Assembly: GCA_017470165.1 (NCBI GenBank) | Contig: JAFUEX010000024.1 | Location: 75,398-139,397, forward strand | Direction of reading: 5' to 3' | Length of the DNA stretch: 64,000 nucleotides | DNA from: Alphaproteobacteria bacterium | Lineage (GTDB): Bacteria; Pseudomonadota; Alphaproteobacteria; RF32; CAG-239 | Shown: one piece after another, positions 16,163 through 24,940 of the stretch | How positions within the stretch are numbered: the first letter of the stretch is position 1 | Layout of the letters: every line of letters begins with the position of its first letter | Notes under the pieces: generated by a model | The model's database searches: none | Told to the model about the DNA's origin: nothing | The model's input: only the letters and a program-made list of their open reading frames with translations | Position numbers and translations under genes: made by a program

Positions 16163-16672
16163 TTATCTCCCAAAATAGCGTTGAGTTAGATCTTTGATTA
16201 AATTGATAAACCGCTCCGGATCGTTCGTGTTGATAAATTTTCCGTCGCTGGTTCTTAATATACTGAAGCGCATCTCTCCTTCTTTGGTGTGGTTGAGTAT
16301 CGTAATGTGATAACCGCCACAGGCTTTATCGAAGTCTGCCGACGGTCCTGCCGGGCGGTAGGAGCAGGACACTTGGTTTATCGACTTGTTTGGAGATACA
16401 GCACCGCCCGAACTAATCAGCTTTGTGAGCTGTGTTGAAACTTGCGCTTGTTTATTCCGTCTGAGATTTTTCTGGAAGTCTTCTTCAAAAATAAAATATT
16501 TATGTTTACCATATCTGAAGCTTTTATCGTCTTCCATTTCCGCTTTGGTGCAATGTTGTTTTATTTTCGGTGTGCCGAACGCCTTTTCCGGTGTCCAGCC
16601 AAGTCTTTGAACCCTGTAATAATAACAGGATAGTGTTATTCCGGCTTGTTTACATCTTTCTTTTATTGTCAT
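16163..16672 (-). CDS. Hypothetical phage protein.
   Basis: 169-aa ORF. Its translation-initiation region matches the conserved leader also seen at 6191-6215. Confidence 0.4.
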   Translation of the reverse strand: MTIKERCKQAGITLSCYYYRVQRLGWTPEKAFGTPKIKQHCTKAEMEDDKSFRYGKHKYFIFEEDFQKNLRRNKQAQVSTQLTKLISSGGAVSPNKSINQVSCSYRPAGPSADFDKACGGYHITILNHTKEGEMRFSILRTSDGKFINTNDPERFINLIKDLTQRYFGR

Positions 16673-16685
16673 TCTGTAACCTTTC

Positions 16686-16946
16686 TTAGTGTTTTGTTGG
16701 AGATTCTGGTATAAAATACTTGCGCTTAGCTATTTTTGGTTCGACTTGAATTGCGACAATGTGATCTTTGGCCAAATGCCACCAGTTGAAGCCGTCGGTC
16801 ATGGTTATGCGCTTTTTGTCGGTATTGTCATATTCCGCAAGGATCCTGTTCACTTCCTCATCGTTCGCTTCATGGTCAATGCATTGCAGACCGGATAAGT
16901 AGATCCTTATTTTCATAGCTACCACCCTCTGTTGAACTCTGACCAA
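16686..16946 (-). CDS. Hypothetical phage protein.
   Basis: 86-aa ORF overlapping the primase gene end. Confidence 0.35.
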   Translation of the reverse strand: MVRVQQRVVAMKIRIYLSGLQCIDHEANDEEVNRILAEYDNTDKKRITMTDGFNWWHLAKDHIVAIQVEPKIAKRKYFIPESPTKH

Positions 16947-19414
16947 GTTTCTTCACGAAGTTTTATGCCTACATATGCTTTTTCTCCGCGTGGCGTTGTG
17001 CCCTTGGTTATATGCCTTTCATATAACCGGCGACCGAGCTTGTTTTTGCTGTATGGCGTATGACCGGCATCCTGACACCATTTTTTATAGTTTTCGTAGA
17101 GGCTGGCGCATGAGATTGTCGCGCCCACAGATTTAATTGTGTTTTCTTCAAGATAACTGCCAAGAACGTCCATTTCCGAGCGGTATTCCTGCGTTGCTTC
17201 GCGCACCGCATCAGGTGGGTTCAATCCTTGCCGTTGCCATTCTAAGCAACCCTTGACCGCCCACGCCAGAATGCCGGGTAGCTCATTTTTCAGCTTCGTA
17301 ATCAGGAGTTTGTCTTTGAATGGTCCGTCAATTGGCGCATCCGGATCTGTCTTGTCATAAAATTTCGCTTCAAATGGTATTAAAAGCAAACGCCGCCAGA
17401 TGCCGTCGTCGGTGCCGCGGATTTCAGGTTTATGGTTTGTGGCCAGCCACAGCTTAAAATGCGGCGTAAATTCGAACGGATTTTGATGTAAATTTCGCGC
17501 CGTTATTGTCGTGTCGCCGGTCGCCTCTTTGATTAGGCTTTCATCAAGAGCTCGGTCGGCTTTTGTTTCCGACGCGGTGACGAAACGGGCAGAGCGGAGC
17601 ATTGCAAGGAACGGGTTAGCATCATTTGCGCGACCTGTTTCCATAAACGCATCAGCTTTGGTTTTGACGTGATAATCATTCATTAAGGCTTGGACGGTGT
17701 CCAAAAATGTGGATTTACCATTTGAACCTTTACCATGGAGCACAAACATACATTGCTCTCTGGTATCGCCGGACAGACTGTAACCGATGGCACGTTGCAC
17801 AAAGCTGATCATGTCCGTGTCATTGTTTAAGATTTCCCGCAGAAATTTCTGCCATGCCGGACATTTTGCTTTTGGATCAAATGCAACCGTGCTTTGTTTT
17901 GTGCAATAAAAATCCGGGCTATGGTTCATGAGCTTGCCGGTCGTCAGGTCAATGACGCCATTTGCACAATTAAAGTAGAGCTGATCGCAATCCAGTTTTT
18001 TGATGTCTACGCATAAATCCGGCTGCGCTAATTTGAGCGCGTAGTTAATGCGTCCGCCTTCTTGGCTCTTTTTGCACCAGTTCTTTATGCCGGATTTTTG
18101 ATGTTCTTCGACATAGTCGGCTTCTTTGGCTATATCGAGGGCGGTTCTTTTGGCCATATTGATAACGCGCAGATCTGCGTGCTCGTGTTCCCATACACCT
18201 TTGCTGTAAATTATCCACCCCATACCCGGTGCAAATTTGACTATTTTACCCCAGCGGGTGACAATTCTTTGCGAATTGCCGACGTCGGTTCTCGGCCGAT
18301 ATGCCAATTTTGCGAATATGCTTTCTTCCGGATCCGGATATTCCGGCATCGTGCTGTTATAGTATTCTTCCGGTGGCTCAGGTTCTGCGTCGCGGGCATC
18401 TCGGACAGGTTGTGCTTCGTTGATCATCTTAACAACAGCATCGGCTCCTACTTCCTGCAGAAGCTGATTACTGTCCTTTATCGATAATGGCGGACGTGCG
18501 CACATTAGGTTTGTGAACCCACGGTCCAAAAATCCGGCCAGAATTTTATTCATGGTTTCGTCCGGCTTGCTTCCCGGTTCGTCGTTGTCGCGGACGACGA
18601 TTAAGGCGCGTCCTTTAGGCTCATCAATTTTGCTCATGAAGTTGATGCCCATTGTGCACCATACTTCCATTTTTGTTGTTTGCGCGAGTGTGAGTGCGTC
18701 TTCAGGTCCCTCGGTTAATAGGACAGGTCCATTCGGATCGCTTCCTTTGATTTTAATAGGACAACCGGCAGGAAAGCCGTTGGTGCGTTTCTTAACGGCA
18801 AGATTTGCCTTATGCCCTTGTGCGTCCAGATATACACTTTGAACCGCCCGGATGACGCCTTTATCATCGCGCGCGATACAGACCAGCGATCCGCCCCCAC
18901 GAGACTTGTTTGGCCGGAATTTAAACTGATTAAGTGGGGCACCTGTAATGCCTCGGCTTTTGAGGTATAATTGCGCAGGAGTGCCGCGTAAATCAACAAG
19001 CTCGGAGGTAATTTTATCAAGTTTTTTCTGTTTCTCCTCATCATATTCGTCTTGCTCCTGTTGCTGTTGCGCGGTGTCAACTGCCGGTCTATCGTATTTC
19101 GGGGTGTATTCTTTTGTTTCCCCGCCTTCCATCCCGAACATTCCAGCCAGTTTGCGGGCTGCTTCTACGCGATCAAGGCGGAACACTTTCGCGCATATTC
19201 CGATTGGATCGCCGACCGGCTCATCTGAAGAAAAATCCGAGCCTTTACCTGTTTTAATGTTAATCAACAAACTTTTTCCAGGGTGTCCGTCCCAATCTCC
19301 GCATTGGAATTCATTTCCAACCCTTTTTCCTTGCGGCAACCAATCCTTGAGTAATCCCTCAAGATTTGCCAAGGCTCTCGCGTTGACCGCTTCAAAATCA
19401 ACCATTCCTGCCAT
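16919..19414 (-). CDS. DNA primase/helicase (Toprim domain plus D5/P4-type SF3 helicase).
   Basis: Toprim-like segment (LLTEGPEDALTL...VRDNDEPG) and Walker A (LHGKGSNGKST). The C-terminal PriCT-like tail is shared with the Bro protein. 831 aa. Confidence 0.75.
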   Translation of the reverse strand: MAGMVDFEAVNARALANLEGLLKDWLPQGKRVGNEFQCGDWDGHPGKSLLINIKTGKGSDFSSDEPVGDPIGICAKVFRLDRVEAARKLAGMFGMEGGETKEYTPKYDRPAVDTAQQQQEQDEYDEEKQKKLDKITSELVDLRGTPAQLYLKSRGITGAPLNQFKFRPNKSRGGGSLVCIARDDKGVIRAVQSVYLDAQGHKANLAVKKRTNGFPAGCPIKIKGSDPNGPVLLTEGPEDALTLAQTTKMEVWCTMGINFMSKIDEPKGRALIVVRDNDEPGSKPDETMNKILAGFLDRGFTNLMCARPPLSIKDSNQLLQEVGADAVVKMINEAQPVRDARDAEPEPPEEYYNSTMPEYPDPEESIFAKLAYRPRTDVGNSQRIVTRWGKIVKFAPGMGWIIYSKGVWEHEHADLRVINMAKRTALDIAKEADYVEEHQKSGIKNWCKKSQEGGRINYALKLAQPDLCVDIKKLDCDQLYFNCANGVIDLTTGKLMNHSPDFYCTKQSTVAFDPKAKCPAWQKFLREILNNDTDMISFVQRAIGYSLSGDTREQCMFVLHGKGSNGKSTFLDTVQALMNDYHVKTKADAFMETGRANDANPFLAMLRSARFVTASETKADRALDESLIKEATGDTTITARNLHQNPFEFTPHFKLWLATNHKPEIRGTDDGIWRRLLLIPFEAKFYDKTDPDAPIDGPFKDKLLITKLKNELPGILAWAVKGCLEWQRQGLNPPDAVREATQEYRSEMDVLGSYLEENTIKSVGATISCASLYENYKKWCQDAGHTPYSKNKLGRRLYERHITKGTTPRGEKAYVGIKLREETWSEFNRGW

Positions 19415-19826
19415 TTTTTAACCTCATTTCATCCATAATTTGTGTTTCTACCAACTCAGGATCTTTGCAGACGATATAAATTCCGCCCATATCCTGAATC
19501 ATCTTTCCGAACCGCTTCTGCTGCTCGGTTTGCTTATACCGACCGTATTTTGTTTCGATATAAAGTGCTTTACCGTCCGGTGCGATAATTCCGGCAATAT
19601 CGCCGGATCCTATCAGACCGAAGTTGACGGGATGAGCTCGGCGGAGCAGTATGTCGCCCGGCTCCGTTACGATTGTTCTGCCCATACCGTCAACAACCCT
19701 CGTTCCGGCTTTCAAATTGTAGCGTTGGCCTTGCCATGCTTGACCGGTATTATTCCGCCAGAGCTTGAGCCACGACTTCGTTCCAAGCTTCAGCATTACT
19801 TTTTTGAGAGTTTCGGTTTCGGCCAT
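19398..19826 (-). CDS. VRR-NUC domain nuclease.
   Basis: PDGKALYIETKYGRYKQTEQQKRF pattern. The typical phage context is next to a primase and an SF2 helicase. Confidence 0.55.
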   Translation of the reverse strand: MAETETLKKVMLKLGTKSWLKLWRNNTGQAWQGQRYNLKAGTRVVDGMGRTIVTEPGDILLRRAHPVNFGLIGSGDIAGIIAPDGKALYIETKYGRYKQTEQQKRFGKMIQDMGGIYIVCKDPELVETQIMDEMRLKNGRNG

Positions 19827-19828
19827 GT

Positions 19829-20173
19829 TTATCTCCTCGACATTAAGAGTTCATCTAGCTCCGCTTCAGCGATGGTGGAGATGTTACCTTCAAGGGCAAT
19901 CTTGGCAAAGAGCTTTACTCTTACCACTTTGCGAAAATCTTGAGGCGTCATAACCTGCGCGTTTGCGCTACACATATCGCTGATTTGGATTTTGCCGTCC
20001 AGCATCTCTATGCATTTGGCAAGTTTGATGTTGGCTCCGGTGTCTATTCCATAAACTCCGGCTCCGGCATAGAAGTCCATATTATGGACTGCATAATAAT
20101 CGCCTTCGTTCAATCCGAGGACTGGACAGTCTGCGTCCAACTTCATAATTTTTATTTTATTGTTATCAGGCAT
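19829..20173 (-). CDS. Hypothetical protein.
   Basis: 114-aa ORF in the early operon. Confidence 0.35.
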   Translation of the reverse strand: MPDNNKIKIMKLDADCPVLGLNEGDYYAVHNMDFYAGAGVYGIDTGANIKLAKCIEMLDGKIQISDMCSANAQVMTPQDFRKVVRVKLFAKIALEGNISTIAEAELDELLMSRR

Positions 20174-20190
20174 TTGTTTTTTCCTTTCAT

Positions 20191-20442
20191 TTAGATGTTT
20201 AAAGCCTTGCGGTAGGTGTCGACCAAGAGCTCTTGCTCATCCCTATCCGCAGCGTTCATTTTACGCAGTTTTAAGACTACTCTCATAATCTTAACATCAA
20301 ACCCTGCGCCCTTTGCTTCGGCGAAAACGTCGCGGATATCGCTTGAAATGCCTTTCTTTTCTTCCTCTAGACGCTCGATGCGTTCAATGAGACTTGTTAA
20401 TCTATCGACGGCTATTCCGCCTATTTGGTTTTGTTCACTCAT
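20191..20442 (-). CDS. GapR-like DUF2312 nucleoid-associated protein.
   Basis: 83 aa with the GapR family signature (IERIERLEEEKKGISSDIRDVFAEAKGAGFDVKIMRVVLKLRK). Confidence 0.6.
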   Translation of the reverse strand: MSEQNQIGGIAVDRLTSLIERIERLEEEKKGISSDIRDVFAEAKGAGFDVKIMRVVLKLRKMNAADRDEQELLVDTYRKALNI

Positions 20443-20821
20443 TTGTATCTCCTTTTCTTGTCATGAGTATTTTTAATAAGGCATCAAATGCCTCGGCCGG
20501 TTTTGGCCTTTTCTTTCCGGTGGCTTGGATTAACCCTTTATATTTGAAGTAACCTTCCACCAGTAGAAACTCGTCTATTTGAATTGCGTCTGTCAGGTAT
20601 GCCAATGACTTCCGCCATTCGTTTTCGCAGTCTGCTTCGAACATTTTTACAGCTTCCTTCCGATCCCTGTTGCGATGCTCTTGCGCATATATGTTTTCCA
20701 CTTTTCCCGCAAACGCGTCACACCATGCTTGTCTTAAAATTCCGGCTATCAAGTTTTCCTCTGGTGTTTCGAAGAGGAACTTTGCGGGAAGGTGTGTTTT
20801 GTGTCTGCGGTGTTTTGTCAT
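20435..20821 (-). CDS. Hypothetical protein.
   Basis: 128-aa ORF. Confidence 0.35.
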   Translation of the reverse strand: MTKHRRHKTHLPAKFLFETPEENLIAGILRQAWCDAFAGKVENIYAQEHRNRDRKEAVKMFEADCENEWRKSLAYLTDAIQIDEFLLVEGYFKYKGLIQATGKKRPKPAEAFDALLKILMTRKGDTNE

Positions 20822-22260
20822 GTACGTCTACGCTCCTCTCTTGCTCTGCGGCCGTTGTAGACGTAACGCGCCCATGCGGCGGGGTTTTTGTATCCTTTGG
20901 CTTTCCCGAACTCTATGAGTTCTTCCATCGTTTGAGCCCTTCCGCGTTGGATCTTTTCGGCGCGTTTCTTGAATTCAACAAGTTCGCCTTCAACTTCCTC
21001 GATTTCTATTTTCGTTTTTGTGGCTGGCGTTCCACATACGGGGCAGACAGTAACTGTCGAGGGATATACCGCATAACATTGCAGGCATTGCCGACAGGCT
21101 AATCCGCCCCCACCAGAGGAGCGACCACGTCTTATTCTGCCGTCAAGCGTCCATTGATGCGGATCATCCGGCAGTCCATGCTCATTGCAGTTTCCGACAT
21201 GGTCAAGAATGATTGTTTCCGATTTTCCGGGATAAGGTCTTAATGCTCGTCCGACTTGCTGTAGATAAAGTCCGAGCGATTTTGTTTTTCTCAAAAGGAT
21301 TGCGGCTCCGACGACCGGGATATCGGTTCCCTCGCTGACGATTTCGCAGGATGTCAGAACATCCAGTCGACCATTGCCGAGATCATTGATTGCTTTGTTG
21401 CGCTGATAATCGTCCATATTACCGTCGACGCTGGCGGCTCTGTATCCGGCCGCATTGAAATTGTCGGCAACGTATTTTGCGTATTCAACCGTTGGGCAGA
21501 ATGCAATTGCCGGAACTCCTTCGCAGTATTTTCTATAGTGAGCTATAACGTCGCCGATGATTCGGGGCTTGTTTAATCTTTTTTCTTGCTCTTTCCGGTC
21601 AAAATCCCCGGCTATCGTTTTTAAATTATCAAAATCCGCTTGGATTGGCGGGCAATATACGCGCGGTTTTGTTAAATACCCACGCTCTATAAGTTCTGAG
21701 ATTGTCGGTCCAATTATGAGCTTGTCAAAAATTCCGCCGCAATGCTTTCCGAGCCCTTGGCCGTCGAGACGTTCAGGGGTTGCAGATACACCGAGGACTT
21801 TCGCGCCCGGATAGCTTTGCACGATTTTGAGCCACGTGCCTGCGACGCCGTGATGAGCTTCATCTATAAGTATCAAATCAAACTTTGGCAAATCAGCCAT
21901 GCGGCGGACTAGCGTTTGAACCGTCGCTATATAGATCTTGCTCTCATCGCGAAAAAAGCTCTTTTTAAATTTTTCTATTTGGATTTTTATTGCGTTTTGC
22001 ACCACTTTAGCAGGTGCGACTATTGAATGCGTAATTCCGAACCTTGCCAATGCTTTTGCCGTTTGGACGATAAGCTCTTGGCGGTGCACTAAGACGACGG
22101 TGCAGGTTCCTTTTGCTGAAGCGTTTTCACATATTTTTGCCAAGATGACGGTTTTCCCCGCTCCGGTTGGGGCTGTCAAAAATGGTGCTTTGAACCCCTC
22201 TCTGAATGCTTCCCGGACGTCGTTTACCGCTTTTTGTTGATAGTCACGTAGCTCTATCAT
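20818..22260 (-). CDS. DEAD/DEAH-box (SF2) helicase.
   Basis: DYQQKAV, APTGAGKT and ILIDEAHH motifs, with CxxC...CxxC near the C-terminus. The start was chosen at MIELRDYQ and the longer ORF reaches 22398. Confidence 0.7.
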   Translation of the reverse strand: MIELRDYQQKAVNDVREAFREGFKAPFLTAPTGAGKTVILAKICENASAKGTCTVVLVHRQELIVQTAKALARFGITHSIVAPAKVVQNAIKIQIEKFKKSFFRDESKIYIATVQTLVRRMADLPKFDLILIDEAHHGVAGTWLKIVQSYPGAKVLGVSATPERLDGQGLGKHCGGIFDKLIIGPTISELIERGYLTKPRVYCPPIQADFDNLKTIAGDFDRKEQEKRLNKPRIIGDVIAHYRKYCEGVPAIAFCPTVEYAKYVADNFNAAGYRAASVDGNMDDYQRNKAINDLGNGRLDVLTSCEIVSEGTDIPVVGAAILLRKTKSLGLYLQQVGRALRPYPGKSETIILDHVGNCNEHGLPDDPHQWTLDGRIRRGRSSGGGGLACRQCLQCYAVYPSTVTVCPVCGTPATKTKIEIEEVEGELVEFKKRAEKIQRGRAQTMEELIEFGKAKGYKNPAAWARYVYNGRRAREERRRT

Positions 22261-22563
22261 GTACAACCCCTGTCTTTTAACCCTGCCTTTGTTGCTCAAT
22301 TGTGGCGGGCGGCACAGGGTTATTGTGTTTTTGTGCTGATCAAGCACTTCCGCCCGTCGAAATAGACTATAAAAGTATTTTTTGACTTTTGCAAGCACTT
22401 TTTTTGATTTTAATAAACTTTTTTTGCTGTTATTATACTTTATCCTTATTTTTCGGGGTTTTATATGTGTGTAAAGTCAAAAAAATTTCCGTTTTATGAC
22501 TTTTTCATTGAAAAAATCAAAAAATAGAGTTATATTGAGTCAAACTGTTAAAAGGAGAAAAAT

Positions 22564-23133
22564 ATGACACGTAATACATTAAACCAAGGTCCGAAGCGCG
22601 ATGTCAGCCCTCTGGGTAGAAAATTGCACCAGCTTATTCGTGCTGCGAACTATGATTATATTAAAGATTTTGAAAAAGAATCAGGGGTTCGCCCCGATTC
22701 GATTCGTCGCGTGATCGGCGGATATACCAAAAGTTTGCCATTTTCCGACCTACAAAAAGTTGCAACAACTCTTAAAATATCCGTTCAAGAGCTTATGACC
22801 GGATCGGCTGATGGCGAAGCGATTGCCACTTGCAATCTCGTTCCGGGCGCAAAAGAGCCATGTTGGTATCAGGTACATTCTGACGAAATGGCTCCAACAC
22901 TCAAAAGTGGCGACAATGTCCTCGTAGATACAGGCATCAGGACAGTTATTGAGGCCGGTATTTATTTGCTTGGAACACCATCCAGCACGGCATTCCGACG
23001 TATTTCTCACAACCCTGTTACTGGCAAATTGCGGGTTGAGGCCGACAATAAGACTTATTCATATGTTGAGGAAGTTGAGGCCGAAAAATTATCTATTAGA
23101 GGTCGTGTAATCGGAATCTTCCACCGAATTTAA
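22564..23133 (+). CDS. CI/LexA-like phage repressor (HTH plus S24 peptidase).
   Basis: N-terminal HTH and a C-terminal S24-like segment (SDEMAPTLKSGDNVLVD). Transcribed divergently from the early leftward operon. Confidence 0.65.
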   Translation: MTRNTLNQGPKRDVSPLGRKLHQLIRAANYDYIKDFEKESGVRPDSIRRVIGGYTKSLPFSDLQKVATTLKISVQELMTGSADGEAIATCNLVPGAKEPCWYQVHSDEMAPTLKSGDNVLVDTGIRTVIEAGIYLLGTPSSTAFRRISHNPVTGKLRVEADNKTYSYVEEVEAEKLSIRGRVIGIFHRI

Positions 23134-23292
23134 TAAAAAAATACCCCTTTAAAAGCCCTATTTTAAGCCGTTTTTGGATTTTTTTTCTAAAAACGGTATT
23201 TTTTTCTTGATTTTCTGTTTTAAATTGATTAAAGTCATTTTTGACGATTAAAGTCATTAAATACTTTTAACAGTTTAACACAGGGTTATTAA

Positions 23293-24120
23293 ATGAGTAC
23301 GATTATTCGATGTTCTTCTCTCTCGCACTATTCGGATTGCACCCGAAGAGCAGCGGCAAAAATGTTTTTCAAGGAAATTTCGGAAGAGTATGGATTTGAC
23401 CTGACGCTGGTTAACACCTCAGCTGGTGCTGCCGTCGGTACGGCCATGCATAAAGCTTTGGAAGCTGCGATTGTTCTGCGCTCCAAAGGCTTGCCGTATT
23501 CCGACGAAATTAAAAAGGTTGCTGAAACATCCATTCTTGAAACGGTCCGTGAGGGTATTGTCTGGGATGATACGACGTTTGATAAGGCGACCGGTGTAAT
23601 GCAGGCCGTCCGTCAGACTCACTCAATCTTGGACGTTATGCCGGATTTACAGGAGATTGCCATTGAGGGCGAATTTACCGCCGATCTTGGCGACGACTTT
23701 ATTTTGTCCGGACATATCGACATCCGGGGACGTGAGGGAGAGTTGAATACGATTCAAGATTTTAAATCCGGTACGACGGCGCGCGTTAATATTCCGCAGT
23801 ACGGCGGTTATTCTCTACTTACCAGAACGGCCGGTTATAAAGTCGATCTACTCCGTGAAATATACGCCAAACGTGTCGGCAAAACAAAAGCCCAACCGGC
23901 TCCGGTCATTAAGGACTACGAACCGGCTATGGCTGAGAATTTCGCGTGGGCGGTTATAAAAAAGATCAAATCGGATATGCAGACTTTTCGCAAGACTGGA
24001 TCTCCGTGGGTTTGGTTGCCGAACCCGAACTCTATGATGTGCTCTCCGCATTATTGTCCTGCGTATGGCACAAAATTTTGCAAATGCCGTTCATTAAAGA
24101 AAGGAGAAAATAATGGCTAA
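23293..24120 (+). CDS. PD-(D/E)xK exonuclease, Cas4/RecB-like, with a C-terminal Cys cluster.
   Basis: HIDIRGREGELNTIQDFKSG is a D...E-x-K-type motif. The C-terminal CSPHYCPAYGTKFCKC is an Fe-S-like cluster. Confidence 0.5.
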   Translation: MSTIIRCSSLSHYSDCTRRAAAKMFFKEISEEYGFDLTLVNTSAGAAVGTAMHKALEAAIVLRSKGLPYSDEIKKVAETSILETVREGIVWDDTTFDKATGVMQAVRQTHSILDVMPDLQEIAIEGEFTADLGDDFILSGHIDIRGREGELNTIQDFKSGTTARVNIPQYGGYSLLTRTAGYKVDLLREIYAKRVGKTKAQPAPVIKDYEPAMAENFAWAVIKKIKSDMQTFRKTGSPWVWLPNPNSMMCSPHYCPAYGTKFCKCRSLKKGENNG

Positions 24121-24940
24121 CGAAATTGTAACAAAAGAACCGCAAAATGCCGTTTCTACGGATATTCTGTCAGACTTTACGGTTTTTGAAAACGCTCAGA
24201 GAATTGGCAAGATACTGACGCAGTCCGCAATCATTCCATCCAATTTCCAAAATAATCTGCCGAATGTCATGGTTGCTTTGGAGATTTCATGCAGGAATAA
24301 ATTGTCGCCTATCGTCGTGATGCAGAATTTAAATGTTATTCAAGGGCGTCCTTCCTGGTCCTCTAAATTCATTATCGCCGCATTAAGCACGAGCCGTGTG
24401 TTAAATCTTCACTATGAGCTTGTCGAAGATGGAGAGATTGAAGTTCCGGGCGGTTTTAATGGCGCAAAAAAGAAAATTAAAAACTTAAAATGTCGCGCAA
24501 TTGCCAATGATCGCAAAACAGGCGAAGAGCGCATCGGTCCATGGGTAACCATGCAAATGGCCATTGCCGAGGGCTGGTATAGTAAAAGCGGGAGTAAATG
24601 GCAGACAATGCCTGAGGTTATGATCCGCTACCGTGCTGCGACATTCTTCGCGAATGTTTATTATCCGGATTTGTCAGTCGGTATCGATGTCGCCGATGAT
24701 GACGCTTCAGCTCCGGCCAATGTTCCGGCTGTAAATCGTGAAACAGTAACGACCGGTGAAATTGTTGAGCCAGCTCCTGAAGCCCCGGCAAAACCAAAAC
24801 GCAAAAAAGAAGAACCAAAAACGATTGAGGCAGAGGCCGAGCCTGTTACCGTAGAAGCTGAACCGGTTGAAGATAAACCGGCTCAGGTTGTGGCTCCGCA
24901 GACAGACAATGAAGATGCATGGGGGGCTTTCGATGATTAA
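24113..24940 (+). CDS. RecT-like single-strand annealing protein.
   Basis: GPWVT...MPEVMIRYRAATFF resembles the RecT C-terminal motif (GPWVTHW...KTAIRRLFK). The tail is acidic/Pro-rich. It is coupled to the upstream nuclease. Confidence 0.5.
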   Translation: MANEIVTKEPQNAVSTDILSDFTVFENAQRIGKILTQSAIIPSNFQNNLPNVMVALEISCRNKLSPIVVMQNLNVIQGRPSWSSKFIIAALSTSRVLNLHYELVEDGEIEVPGGFNGAKKKIKNLKCRAIANDRKTGEERIGPWVTMQMAIAEGWYSKSGSKWQTMPEVMIRYRAATFFANVYYPDLSVGIDVADDDASAPANVPAVNRETVTTGEIVEPAPEAPAKPKRKKEEPKTIEAEAEPVTVEAEPVEDKPAQVVAPQTDNEDAWGAFDD

